From positions 192,001 through 256,000 of the forward strand of contig CAXXDQ010000008.1 of the NCBI GenBank assembly GCA_963664325.2: a DNA stretch of 64,000 nt, in the 5' to 3' direction. The DNA comes from Desulfomonilia bacterium. Its GTDB lineage: Bacteria > Desulfobacterota > Desulfomonilia > UBA1062. The notes beneath the pieces were generated by a model, which was given only the letters and a program-made list of their open reading frames with translations, was not told the DNA's origin and made no database searches. Made by a program: the position numbers and the translations under genes. Of this stretch, positions 38,535-48,760 are shown piece after piece (position 1 is the stretch's first letter; each line of letters begins with the position of its first letter).

Positions 38535-40262
38535 CTATTTGTTGTTTGCTTTTCCGAATAAGATCAACGCCTCATCACAAATCGTTTTTGCCGCGTCAGG
38601 TCCTAAAGAATTTTCCTCACCGTATGGAGCGTGGGTGTAACCGTATGTATATGGTTCAATTTCATTCCATTCGGTCTTGGGAATGAGATATCCCAGATGG
38701 TCGTTCCCGAGATTCATCATCATGTTTACCTTGCCCTGCATCATCGGACGCAACGGCGTTTCAACCGGGCTTGATATGTCCGGCAGCAGGACCTTGTTGA
38801 ACAAACCATCGCTTTTTTTCTTTTTACCGTTATAATCCCTGTTTTCAGGTACGCCTATCGGTCCGGTTGCAATTTCGGGATACAGCTCGCCAGGAATAGT
38901 AAGAAGCCAGAGGTCTCCTATCGTTATAAGGTCCATTTCAGTCCATGTCTTGCTTGACCCGTCATCGGCAGTGTGGCCTTCCCTTTTCATGATACCTACA
39001 TTTCTGGCCAGCAGGAATTTCTGATTTTGAAACCCTATGTCGAATCTTTCAGTTACCACATTTATGGCCGGGTCCGCATTGAGTTCCATGTTCCCGTACT
39101 TGACTTCATCTATGATGATATCCGCGACTGCGTTTCCAAGCGCCCACGCCTTTTCAAAATTTTCAGGGCTGTCTATTGTCGCTTCCTCTTGGGATTTCGA
39201 ACCGTAATACAGTGTCCCGTCATAAAGGACACCCGTGGTTATATCAATTTCCTCAAATTGATTTTTTTCCCTGTTGAAAAAAAGCTCCGGTTCATATTCA
39301 GGCACGGTTATAACACCGACGTTACCGGTCAGATAGACGGTGTTACCGCCAAGCCTCTCATGCAGGGCATCACGTAGATAGCCTACAAAATCGGCCGAGA
39401 TCATCTGGTTTATTCTCCATATTGTCTCCACATGGTTGTCCCAGTTCACGATACTCCCGATAACGCTCTTGCCGTCCTTTGTCTTGAAGACCGCAAACCT
39501 GATGCCGTTGTCCATTATGTACGGAGGGCGCAAACGCGTTACCCCAAGTTCATTTGGCTGCTGGAGCTGATCTATGCCGGCGGTGTCCTGATCACTTAAA
39601 ATATCGACCTTTGACGGGTCAGGCAAGTCGAGCCTGTCTTTGTCCATTACCTGGCCTATGTACATGTCTGCAGGCGCCAGATTTTTTGACGCCTCCCTTA
39701 CAGACTGAATTGCCGCAGCCCTGAGGATATTCGAGAATATATCCACAGAACTTTCCATTATCCTGAAATGCAGAATGTCGTTGAGCCAGTCACCGATGAA
39801 GGACCACATCCCGGAGTTGTCAGGTACCTGATGGTTGTGCACGGAATGGACCATCAGATTGTCAATACCCAGAGACTGCACTGCATTCCGGATATATTCT
39901 GTGTCTTCATACCTTAAGCTGAATGCATCCAAAGAAATGATCGCCAGACGTTTTTCCCCGTTATCTATCACAATTGCATTCGCATAAATCGAATCGTGAA
40001 TTCCTGAAACAGGACGGACAATAGAAAATCCGGCCATCCAATAGCCTTTTACATTGTCATTGACGGTCAGTATCGGAACCTGCCCGAAACCCGCCCTGAG
40101 ACCGGTGTAAGTGTCCTCAGATGAAGGGTAGGGGTTGTCGTTCGTTTTTGGCTGGTATTGAGTTTGAGGCTGGTCATCGCTGCCGGAACTGCTGCAGCCG
40201 GTGCCCGCCAACATGGCAAATGAAAGTAAAATAAGAAGCAGAAAATAATATGGTCTGATCAT
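38535..40262 (-). CDS. Lipoprotein, neutral/alkaline ceramidase-like metalloamidase
   Basis: Lipobox GTGC; GIHDSIYANAIVI, HSVHNHQVPD, NWDNHVE, ISADF, IPGELYPE, YGEENSLG. Confidence 0.7.
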   Translation of the reverse strand: MIRPYYFLLLILLSFAMLAGTGCSSSGSDDQPQTQYQPKTNDNPYPSSEDTYTGLRAGFGQVPILTVNDNVKGYWMAGFSIVRPVSGIHDSIYANAIVIDNGEKRLAIISLDAFSLRYEDTEYIRNAVQSLGIDNLMVHSVHNHQVPDNSGMWSFIGDWLNDILHFRIMESSVDIFSNILRAAAIQSVREASKNLAPADMYIGQVMDKDRLDLPDPSKVDILSDQDTAGIDQLQQPNELGVTRLRPPYIMDNGIRFAVFKTKDGKSVIGSIVNWDNHVETIWRINQMISADFVGYLRDALHERLGGNTVYLTGNVGVITVPEYEPELFFNREKNQFEEIDITTGVLYDGTLYYGSKSQEEATIDSPENFEKAWALGNAVADIIIDEVKYGNMELNADPAINVVTERFDIGFQNQKFLLARNVGIMKREGHTADDGSSKTWTEMDLITIGDLWLLTIPGELYPEIATGPIGVPENRDYNGKKKKSDGLFNKVLLPDISSPVETPLRPMMQGKVNMMMNLGNDHLGYLIPKTEWNEIEPYTYGYTHAPYGEENSLGPDAAKTICDEALILFGKANNK

Positions 40263-40302
40263 ATCGTTCCTCCCTGAAGCCTTTCACAATATTGCTAAAT
40301 TT

Positions 40303-42000
40303 TTATAGTATCACTTGAATTTCAGCCCCTGCTGTTGCATCTTTTAAGACAATCCAGGTAATTTTACCGTCAACGTAATAACCGCACGGCAGGGCGGCAA
40401 GCTCCTCCATACTTGAAACTTTTGCAAACTCTATACCAGAACCGGACTGTACTATCTGCGGAACAGGTTCGCCATAAACCCTGAATAAAAGAGAACGTTT
40501 AGTTGGTGTTGATTTTAAAGTCAGTGAGTTTTTATTTTTTACATAAGAAATTAGCGAACCTTTTTCCATTTCCTCATAAAGGCCGAACTTTTTTTCACCT
40601 TTTTCCGGATATACGAGGATGGTCGTAAAATCTTTTGAAAGTGCGGTTCCATATCCAGTGGCATCATTTGTCACGTTCATGGGTATGATCGCCCCTTTTC
40701 GGATGAAGACGGGGAATTCCGAAAGAGGGAAGTTTATTTTTCTGATGCCTGCAGAGTATTCTTTTGATTCATCCCATAAATAAATCCAGGTTCCAAACGG
40801 GAAAACAACGGTTCTGTCGTTGCCGGTTTCATAGAAGGGAGCCACCAGGATATCATCCCCGAGAAGGTAGGTGTAAATACCGGCCTGGGGCCTCATCGTG
40901 GGTTTGTCCAGTTCGTATGAGTATGCGGCCTGGCTGTAGATGTAGGGGATGAGTTCATGATGGAGAAATACGTATTTTCTGTATATATCAAGGGTTTCAT
41001 CATCAAACATCCAGGGCCTGTGTTCGCCGTTTCCGCCGTTTTCCATAATCGGGCACAGGGCTCCGAGTTGCGCCCAGCGGATGAAAACATCCTTGTAATT
41101 GTTTCCGTCATACCTGAACCCGCCGATGTCCGATCCATAACTGACGAAATTAAACTGGGCCGAACTGAACATGTTGTTGAGAGCATGCTTAAGGCCGCCC
41201 CAGTCATTGTCGTTGTCGCCGACCCATCCTGCGAAGTTGATGTCCCGGCTTGTATACACGAGAGGAAGTCCTATTTTCAGGACCTGGTCATCGACAGGCC
41301 GGGCCATGATCACCCTGTCTTTGCCAAGCCTGGCCCGCGTGTAATCGAAGAAATCACGATAGCACTGGTCACGGTATTCGGCCCATGTGATATATTTGCC
41401 TCCGAAACCTATGGCCGGCAGCAACAGCATCACAAATGGGTCAGTCCCGTCGACCTTCCAGCAGTCGATGCCCATATCCAGTATATTGTCCATCTGACCG
41501 TGCCACCAATTGAGGGCATCGGGATTTGTATAATCGAGAAGGGCGCCTTTGCCGCCCCACCAGGGAACGGTTTTTCCGCTGCTTAAAAAGTAGCCGTTAT
41601 CCTTGCCTTCCTGAAAATTGGAGGCCGTGTCGTTCACAATGCTTGTAGCCCACATGATTACTCTTATGCCCATGCTGTGGAAGAGCTGAACGTAATCCCT
41701 GAGGTCGGGATAAAGGGCCGGATCGGGTATGAATGTATTTGAATCCGTAGCCCAGGGGCGGTCGATAATGGTCGCCCCGACAGGGATGCCGTGGTCAAGG
41801 AAGCCGTTGATATTATTCAGTGTTGATTCCTGTGTCCCGCTGTTTTCCCACACCCAGTGAGTATGCACCCAGACCGGCCAGGCCGGCGGTTCGAGGCTCG
41901 GGTCTTTTTTGTGATCGCAGTTAGAAAACCCTGAAAGTGAGAGGAATACAAAAAATGTTAAAACAGCCGTCACCAGTCTGGTTGTGTTTCTGCTTTTCAT
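40303..42000 (-). CDS. Exported GH31 alpha-glycosidase
   Basis: Signal peptide; IDRPW, DYTNP.A..WW, WKVDGTD nucleophile, WVGDND, GSDIGGF, RWAQLGA. Confidence 0.88.
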   Translation of the reverse strand: MKSRNTTRLVTAVLTFFVFLSLSGFSNCDHKKDPSLEPPAWPVWVHTHWVWENSGTQESTLNNINGFLDHGIPVGATIIDRPWATDSNTFIPDPALYPDLRDYVQLFHSMGIRVIMWATSIVNDTASNFQEGKDNGYFLSSGKTVPWWGGKGALLDYTNPDALNWWHGQMDNILDMGIDCWKVDGTDPFVMLLLPAIGFGGKYITWAEYRDQCYRDFFDYTRARLGKDRVIMARPVDDQVLKIGLPLVYTSRDINFAGWVGDNDNDWGGLKHALNNMFSSAQFNFVSYGSDIGGFRYDGNNYKDVFIRWAQLGALCPIMENGGNGEHRPWMFDDETLDIYRKYVFLHHELIPYIYSQAAYSYELDKPTMRPQAGIYTYLLGDDILVAPFYETGNDRTVVFPFGTWIYLWDESKEYSAGIRKINFPLSEFPVFIRKGAIIPMNVTNDATGYGTALSKDFTTILVYPEKGEKKFGLYEEMEKGSLISYVKNKNSLTLKSTPTKRSLLFRVYGEPVPQIVQSGSGIEFAKVSSMEELAALPCGYYVDGKITWIVLKDATAGAEIQVIL

Positions 42001-42132
42001 AATTGAGCCCCCTCATATTAAATGCATCTGAACCGGATTGCTTATTAAACAACAAACGCTTCTATTTAGTCCACATTATCAGTATTTATGCCTCTCTGTC
42101 AATGGTTGACTCAATTTCAAAGCAAGAGTTGA

Positions 42133-42582
42133 TTATGCCTTCGGAAGAGGAATTATATGATAAGTGCATGTGGATTCCGCTACGGTTTTTCCTGCTTCGT
42201 CAACAGCATTCATATCCAGTATCCAGTCGCCTTTCCCCCTTTCGATAATGGGTGCGATCATTTCGTCCGCCTTTTCCTTTGTTAAATTGAGCTCGCAATG
42301 GATGTCCGTCGATGCAGGTTTGAGAAAACGGATGCCCATCGCCTTGTTTATGGGAATGAAACTTTCCACGCCGTAAGAGGCGAGAAACAGGGCCGCGCCT
42401 GCGACTTCCATGAGCATGAAGTATGTGCCGGCATACACGATTCCCACATGGTTCATGTGCAGGGGGGTTACAGGAACAGTCAAGCGGACATGGCCTTGTT
42501 CAAAGATATCGACTTTAAGGCCGCTGAGCTTGACCCAGGGAATAGTCTCTGTCAGGGCTGCCTTCAGTTCATCATTATTCAT
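42133..42582 (-). CDS. PaaI/hot-dog-fold thioesterase
   Basis: NHVGIVYAG..F..ME..G, IRFLKPA; start at 42582 after AGGAG. Confidence 0.82.
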   Translation of the reverse strand: MNNDELKAALTETIPWVKLSGLKVDIFEQGHVRLTVPVTPLHMNHVGIVYAGTYFMLMEVAGAALFLASYGVESFIPINKAMGIRFLKPASTDIHCELNLTKEKADEMIAPIIERGKGDWILDMNAVDEAGKTVAESTCTYHIIPLPKA

Positions 42583-42690
42583 TTTTAATCTCCTTGATAT
42601 TATTCCATCATGCGTTATTGACATATTATTGTTTCCAATTAATTTAACAATAGCTATAATTTGATAATTCTAACTATGAGGTGGGGAGTT

Positions 42691-44259
42691 ATGAGACAAC
42701 AAAGAAATATTATTTTTGCAGTTATGATCTTGTCCCTGGTTTTTCTTTCCGGATGTTCGAGTTCGGGTGGCGGAGACGATTCACCTGCATCTGCTGAAGC
42801 AATGACAACTGAAGGAACTTTCCTTGCGGGTGCCGCTATAAAGGTGCTTGTCCCTAAGGACAATCCCGATTGGTATCAGGAAGTCTGCCTCGGCGGGTTT
42901 GGAATACTGGGTGTGAGAAATTGGGGCAAACTTATTATTGCACGGGCAAAGGGTGTACACGATGCACCGTATGCCAGGGCCATGGTGGTGGAACAGGGCG
43001 GCAGCAAGATAGCCTTTCTGGTGATTGACGCGGCCATGATAAGCAATAACGTGATTCGTGATATAACCGATGGGGCAGCTGCAAGGACTGATATCCCTTC
43101 GAAGAACATCCTCGTTGCAGTAACCCATTCACATTCGTCTCTCGACCTGCTGGGTTATATGGGAGGCGTATCTCCGGAATACAGGAAGTTCCTGGTCGAC
43201 GCTTCGATCCAGACGGTGGTGGACGCAAACGATGACAAGACCCCTTCCAGGCTGCTGGTTTCACAGACCCAGTACCAGCCATCGGTCATAAGGAAAGAAA
43301 ACGGCGAGAATGCAAAGAAAAACGGTGCAGACCTGAAATGGGTCTACAACCGCAGGGGCTGGACTACGCTAAACGAAGAGGATGCGGACAAGGAAAGGTC
43401 AGAAGGTTTCAAGCCGAACTTTACGCATCCGGATGTGGATTTTACGATCAACGTTCTTGAGGCTGTCGACATTGAAACAGGCCAGCCGAAGGGCGTGATG
43501 ATAAACTATGCCTGCCATCCTGTCATCGTGACCGACGATTCGAGCGATATTTCCAGGGATTTCTGTGGCTACCTTGTCGATTACGTTCAGAAACGGATCC
43601 ATGCCCCGGCAATATTCATTCAGGGAACCCAGGGCGATGTAAACCCGGGGGACTGGGAAGATTTCGACGCCAATAAGGAAAACTGCTACGGTTTTGCAAG
43701 GCAGTTAGGCGAAGATGTTGCGAAACAGGCCCTTCAGGCCATGACTGAGGAGCAGGTTCCAATAGGAAACGGGATTCATTTTGAAAGGAGTTCTGTACCT
43801 GTTTCGATCGACAACCCTCTGTTCCTTCTCCTTCTTTACATTCAGCGTTCGTTGATAGACATGTCATTCACTGGCAAAAACCAGGCCGAGGCCCTTGTAA
43901 CTTACATCAGGCTCGGAAAGGAACTGCAAATCGCGGCGTATCCCGGCGAAGCGGTTACACACATGGGTCTTGGCATAATGGAAGGGGACCATGTGGGAAA
44001 GGACGGCTCTCCCATAAAGCCGATTGAAGGGGCCAAACAGGTCATGAAGGCACCTTTTAAAATGGTAACCGCCCTGACCGGTGACGCTCTGCTTTATCTT
44101 GTGCCATCCGCCGAATGGGAAAATTCCCCGGACCCGATGCCCGGAGTATTTGGCACCCCTTACGAGGAGCAGATGAGCATGTCGTTAAACGGCGTATTCG
44201 CAGATGACCTCCGCAATACCGTCAACAGTATGATAAAGGCGGATACAGGAATACAGTAG
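42691..44259 (+). CDS. Lipoprotein, neutral/alkaline ceramidase-like metalloamidase
   Basis: Lipobox LSGC; GVHDAPYARA, VTHSHS, NYACHP, ISRDF, QGTQGDVNP, YPGE, PYEE. Confidence 0.78.
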   Translation: MRQQRNIIFAVMILSLVFLSGCSSSGGGDDSPASAEAMTTEGTFLAGAAIKVLVPKDNPDWYQEVCLGGFGILGVRNWGKLIIARAKGVHDAPYARAMVVEQGGSKIAFLVIDAAMISNNVIRDITDGAAARTDIPSKNILVAVTHSHSSLDLLGYMGGVSPEYRKFLVDASIQTVVDANDDKTPSRLLVSQTQYQPSVIRKENGENAKKNGADLKWVYNRRGWTTLNEEDADKERSEGFKPNFTHPDVDFTINVLEAVDIETGQPKGVMINYACHPVIVTDDSSDISRDFCGYLVDYVQKRIHAPAIFIQGTQGDVNPGDWEDFDANKENCYGFARQLGEDVAKQALQAMTEEQVPIGNGIHFERSSVPVSIDNPLFLLLLYIQRSLIDMSFTGKNQAEALVTYIRLGKELQIAAYPGEAVTHMGLGIMEGDHVGKDGSPIKPIEGAKQVMKAPFKMVTALTGDALLYLVPSAEWENSPDPMPGVFGTPYEEQMSMSLNGVFADDLRNTVNSMIKADTGIQ

Positions 44260-44275
44260 AAAAAAATCAACCAGG

Positions 44276-44320
44276 TCTAGCCCTGTTGCTGATATATATA
44301 ATTGTTGCGACAGGGCTGGA
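44276..44320. terminator. Hairpin between convergent genes
   Basis: TCTAGCCCTGTTGC...GCGACAGGGCTGGA stem with G-U pairs. Confidence 0.45.
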
Positions 44321-44368
44321 CAATGACCACCATTTTATAACAGCTATGGTTTCAAAGCAGAAGAATCG

Positions 44369-44890
44369 TTAAAGCGATAATGTCAGCACCAGGTTATCAC
44401 CCTTTACAATAACGTTCTTTAAAACCATCCTGGCCATATTTTGCCTGTAATCGTCAGGATTGAGCGTATACAGCGGGGTGTCGCCTAACATGCCGTTGAC
44501 TATCATTGATATAAAACCCATAAGCTTGTCCTTGCCTGTGAACCCGCCTGCATTGTCCATGGTTATATCGGTAAGTTCAAAATTGCTCATGTAAAAGGAT
44601 TTATTCTCCGGTTTGTAGACAGGTTTGCATTTAAAGCTAACATTTCCGCTGATCCCTGTTAAAAGCAGGTTTGCAGAATATTGCAGGGCCAGTCCGATGC
44701 TGTCGTCCTTGAAAAACACACGTGGTGAATAAAGCCTGATATTTACAAGAGCGGCATTCTTTTCAATCGGGAATTTCTTATCCGCCATTTTCTGGATATC
44801 CGCCTTCGATATGCTGATTTCCCTGTCAAGGCCTTTGCATCCGAGAAAGGCCAGCAGCACCAGCATTATAACCGGCATCATCTGTTTCAT
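44369..44890 (-). CDS. DUF1439/YceB-like lipoprotein
   Basis: Lipobox FLGC; IS..DIQ....KFP.EK; P.YTL. Confidence 0.6.
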   Translation of the reverse strand: MKQMMPVIMLVLLAFLGCKGLDREISISKADIQKMADKKFPIEKNAALVNIRLYSPRVFFKDDSIGLALQYSANLLLTGISGNVSFKCKPVYKPENKSFYMSNFELTDITMDNAGGFTGKDKLMGFISMIVNGMLGDTPLYTLNPDDYRQNMARMVLKNVIVKGDNLVLTLSL

Positions 44891-44913
44891 TTCAGTTCAT
44901 CGTCATCAGCACT

Positions 44914-45501
44914 TTATCTTTGGGATTTGCCCTGGCGGCTGAAATCGCTCAATTCGGAAGCAAGCCTGTCAATCTTGCTGCCGTAGGCAGGGTCTTTGGC
45001 CCATTTCCCCGAAAGCTGGAATACATATACGGCACTCCCTTTTTTGACATTGTTAAACCTCGGATCGACAATTTTGTTCTTAGGGGGATCGGTTGTGGCG
45101 TATGCCTTGAGATGCTGTATGTGAGCCCTGACGCCGATGCGCATGTCCTCGAAGGATTCTCCCGTGGTCTTTGAATTGAAAACGCCGAGCCCGCAAAAAT
45201 TATTCTGTTCCGGCAGGGCGGTTCCGCCGAATGAAAGGAAACCTGTCTCAATGCACATCTGTGCAAAAGCCACATCCTGATTGATGTTTTCCGCGCGGGC
45301 CTCTTCCAGGTAGATAAGCGCGATCTCATAGGCCAGATTCCTGTCGACACGGCTGTTTTTCATAATGAGGAATTGTGACATGTCATCAGCCTGCGCCGTG
45401 CCCGGGCCTTCTATCCTGTGCGTGGCGTGTGAACAGGCAGCGAGAATGGTAAAACAGACAACAAGCATGAAATTCAATGGATTGAAATTTTGATTTTTCA
45501 T
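44914..45501 (-). CDS. Glucosaminidase-domain (GH73-like) lipoprotein
   Basis: LAAC; AFAQMCIETG, QNNFCGLG, GVRAHIQHLKAYA, WAKDPAYG. Confidence 0.85.
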   Translation of the reverse strand: MKNQNFNPLNFMLVVCFTILAACSHATHRIEGPGTAQADDMSQFLIMKNSRVDRNLAYEIALIYLEEARAENINQDVAFAQMCIETGFLSFGGTALPEQNNFCGLGVFNSKTTGESFEDMRIGVRAHIQHLKAYATTDPPKNKIVDPRFNNVKKGSAVYVFQLSGKWAKDPAYGSKIDRLASELSDFSRQGKSQR

Positions 45502-45806
45502 AAATTCAATATCGGACGGATATTTAAAAAAATCCAGTCTAAGATTTAAGTTATAAAAAAATTTTATCTGATATTTGCAGCGATGGAATCCAAGGTCCTC
45601 TGGTATGCCGCAATCATGTTTGGATCAATCTGAATTTAATGAATGCAGGTGTTCATCAAATTCTAATAAAGCTGCTGCGGGACTAAATGGCGGTTGTAAT
45701 TAATTGTGATGTCTCAATATTTTATACAAACATCCCAAAAGTATAAAACCTTGCCGTTCACATCGCAGCATAAAAACAGGGCAACACCCAGTAATTGATG
45801 AACTTT

Positions 45807-46631
45807 TCACTTCCTGGCCCATACCTGGGTTTGCACCGCCTGGGCCACAACGGTAATGTCATCGGTTCCAATGCGCTCGAGTTCTCTGGCAAGCCCGTTC
45901 ATTTCCTGCTGTGTTATGATCTTTGTTTTAACGAGAACAGGGGCGAGTTCATACAGAGTATATTCCCAGTAGCGCTTGGGCTCTCCGGTGCTGTATCTGG
46001 GCTGATATGAGTTTACATGGGGTTCTGAATACCCCGTGACCTTGAACATCTCCGGCAGGTGATAACCGGTCCTGTAATCGGCCCTGCGGTTTTTGCCCAG
46101 CGCCTGCAGCAGCGAAACCATTTTTTCATATTCTTTTGTGAACGGGTCGCTGTATATGCTCGCCATGTCTATATCCTCACAAACGAGTACGCCACCGGGC
46201 TTCACGAGCGCGCTCATTTCTCCAAGCGCCTTTTCGGGGTGCTGAAGATGAGACAAAACCGACCTGCAATACACCATATCAAAAAATTCATGCTTGAGGC
46301 CCGGCGAATAGACATCCGCTTCGACAAACCGGATATTATCCAGCCCCTGGTTGAGGGCCTCTTGACAGGCGACAAGAAGCTGTTCCTGTATCAGATCGGC
46401 CCCGATCGCCATACCCTGAGGTCCGATACGCCTGGCGATAAAGCGTGTTACAATGCCGGGTCCGCAGCCGAAATCGACAACTTTCATACCTGGTTCAAGG
46501 CCGATTTCTGTAAGCAGGCGTTCCGTGCCGGCCCCATATACTTCATGCAGAAGTTTCAGCCGCTTCTCGCCCGCACGTCCTGTTTCAAGGACATAGAATT
46601 CATCTTTGTTTTCTGTTTTATTATCTTCCAT
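45807..46631 (-). CDS. Class I SAM-dependent methyltransferase
   Basis: VVDFGCGPG, FDMVYCRSVLSHL, VKPGG. Confidence 0.9.
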   Translation of the reverse strand: MEDNKTENKDEFYVLETGRAGEKRLKLLHEVYGAGTERLLTEIGLEPGMKVVDFGCGPGIVTRFIARRIGPQGMAIGADLIQEQLLVACQEALNQGLDNIRFVEADVYSPGLKHEFFDMVYCRSVLSHLQHPEKALGEMSALVKPGGVLVCEDIDMASIYSDPFTKEYEKMVSLLQALGKNRRADYRTGYHLPEMFKVTGYSEPHVNSYQPRYSTGEPKRYWEYTLYELAPVLVKTKIITQQEMNGLARELERIGTDDITVVAQAVQTQVWARK

Positions 46632-46729
46632 AACGTCTCCTCGCTACTGGCGGTTTCGCCTTACTTTCATCCCCCTTGCTACTGAAAACGGTAAAAAACA
46701 GGTTTAAACCCGCCAGTCCTTGCGGCTTG

Positions 46730-47000
46730 ACGCATATCAGCCGGAATCCGGCTATGATCATGCAGCAGGATGCATAGATGAGGGATGCTCCAGTGACAGG
46801 CTCTGGGATGATGACAAACTTGGCGACGGGTTTGTGAACAAAGCCGAGAAGCACCGTCACAGATAAACTGGAAAATAGAACGAGCATAACAGGGAATATT
46901 AAAGCAACAGTATAAAGCGATATATGCGAAGTCCCATAAAGAAGGGCTATAAAGACAGGAAAAATCTGGTCGGCTTTTATGCTTGGACTAAATTCCCGGC
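46730..47000 (-). pseudogene. Probable internally deleted remnant of an NCS2 (xanthine/uracil) permease
   Basis: ALLYGTSH..LIFPV resembles TM1 (LLGLQH); KFVIIPEPVTGASLIY...MIIAGFRLI resembles the IP.PV.G segment. Recognised from memory; boundaries approximate. Confidence 0.45.
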
Positions 47001-47227
47001 CTCTATTTTCACTCATATAATTTGCAATGATCGGCATCTGTAAAAAAATAAATAAAACAGGATCGAAAAACGAGATTTCCGGAGGTTTGAAAACGGATTT
47101 GTAAAGTGCAGAGAAGGCGCCAAAATATATGCCCGAGTTTTCTTATTGAACCCCCAGTAGACTGTGTGTACACTGAGAATTACAGTTCAAGCTCATTGCA
47201 TCGAATACAATTCACGGGAGGACACAT

Positions 47228-48760
47228 ATGAAAGCCATAATAATCGGGTCCGGGCTTTCAGGGTTAACGGCGGGCGCATACCTTGCGAAACTGGGCTGTG
47301 AAGTGACCGTTCTTGAGCAGAACTCAGATATAGGCGGCGTAACAGCGGGTATATCGCGGGACGGATTCTCATGGGATCTGGGTCAGCTCATAATGGAGGG
47401 CTTCGGACCAGGAGAGCAGGCCGGATATATACTCGAGGACCTGGGCATCATGGACGAGGTGATAACACGGCGCAGCGACCGCACCTATATATTCCCTGAT
47501 ATCACCATACGCAGGCCCGATGAATACGGCGGTCCATGGTGGCGCAAGGAGTTCTTCAAATCACGCTTCCCCGGAGAACAAAAAGGCATCGAAAGGTATT
47601 ACCGGATGTATGTAAGGTTCATGGAATTAATAACACTGGCACGTAGGGCCGAACGAGCTGAGGGGGCGGCATCGGTTTTGCTTAAGATCCGCCTATACGC
47701 CAAGCTTCTGCCTTTTCTGCCGCAAATAAGATGGAGCGCCAGGAAGATGGTCGGTAAGCTCTTCAGGGACGAGACGCTGCAGGCCGTTTTCATATCGATA
47801 CTTGCGGACTTCGTAGTGAAGCCGTCCCAGTTCCCCGGAATAGGGATTGCGGCGGTCAACCCCGAGCCTGCTTTTGACAGCCGCGTGCCTCTTACGGTTT
47901 CAAGCACAGGGCTTCAGCCCAGTTACCGCTGTATCGAGGGCGGTATACGACCTCTGGTTGATGCCCTTGCACGGAAGATAAGACGCCACGGCGGAAAAAT
48001 TCAAACCGGCGTCGAGGTTCAGAAGATAATGCACAAAGACGGTATGGTGCAAGGAGTTGTCTCCTCAAATGATAACGTTTATGAGGCGGATATAGTTGTT
48101 GCCAGCGGCGGAGCCCGGGAGCTCTTCTATGACCTCCTGGGACGTGAGTATCTCCCGGAAAAATTCATACACCGCATCGAGACCATGAAGTTCATGGAAT
48201 CAATCCTCATGGTCCACCTCGGAATCGACTTCGACCCCCGTCCCTGGCAGAAGGACGCCGTGTGCTACTACTACCTTACCAGGGATATCGAACATGCCGT
48301 GGACAACGTCCAATCGGGAAAGTATCACGAGGGAAAGGACGGATTTCTTATCTTCGTACCCACTTATTACACGCCGGACATGGCCCCGGCAGGACACCAT
48401 GCCGTGACAGTGTACACCATTGCGCCCAACAACCTGTCCGGGGCGGCATGGGAGGACAGGAAGGAGGAGATGGCCGACAAGCTCCTGGAGCTTGCCGAGG
48501 GGATAATCCCGGGCCTTCGCGCACATGCGAGCGTTAAGATTATCCTTACACCTGATGACTGGAAAAGGATTACGCACCTGAAGCACCATGCCTTCGGAGG
48601 CTGCGCACCGGTGATGGGTACCAAGGGCGCCCCTCACCGAACTCCGGTCAGGGGATTGTACTTTGTCGGTGCACAGAGCGAGAGCGGCGCGGGCATAAAC
48701 AACATCCTGGAAGGTACGTGGAGGGCGGTGAGGATGGTTAGGAAGGATTTCCGCCTGTAG
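47228..48760 (+). CDS. Phytoene desaturase/retinol saturase-family FAD oxidoreductase
   Basis: IIGSGLSGL..E...GG; GG...L..AL; ILTPDDW; TPVRGLYFVG. Confidence 0.85.
   Translation: MKAIIIGSGLSGLTAGAYLAKLGCEVTVLEQNSDIGGVTAGISRDGFSWDLGQLIMEGFGPGEQAGYILEDLGIMDEVITRRSDRTYIFPDITIRRPDEYGGPWWRKEFFKSRFPGEQKGIERYYRMYVRFMELITLARRAERAEGAASVLLKIRLYAKLLPFLPQIRWSARKMVGKLFRDETLQAVFISILADFVVKPSQFPGIGIAAVNPEPAFDSRVPLTVSSTGLQPSYRCIEGGIRPLVDALARKIRRHGGKIQTGVEVQKIMHKDGMVQGVVSSNDNVYEADIVVASGGARELFYDLLGREYLPEKFIHRIETMKFMESILMVHLGIDFDPRPWQKDAVCYYYLTRDIEHAVDNVQSGKYHEGKDGFLIFVPTYYTPDMAPAGHHAVTVYTIAPNNLSGAAWEDRKEEMADKLLELAEGIIPGLRAHASVKIILTPDDWKRITHLKHHAFGGCAPVMGTKGAPHRTPVRGLYFVGAQSESGAGINNILEGTWRAVRMVRKDFRL

Noticed and set aside
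46621-47037. 138-aa ORF as an intact membrane protein
   Set aside because: Non-ATG start with no clear RBS; better explained as a permease remnant reading into the next gene's leader.
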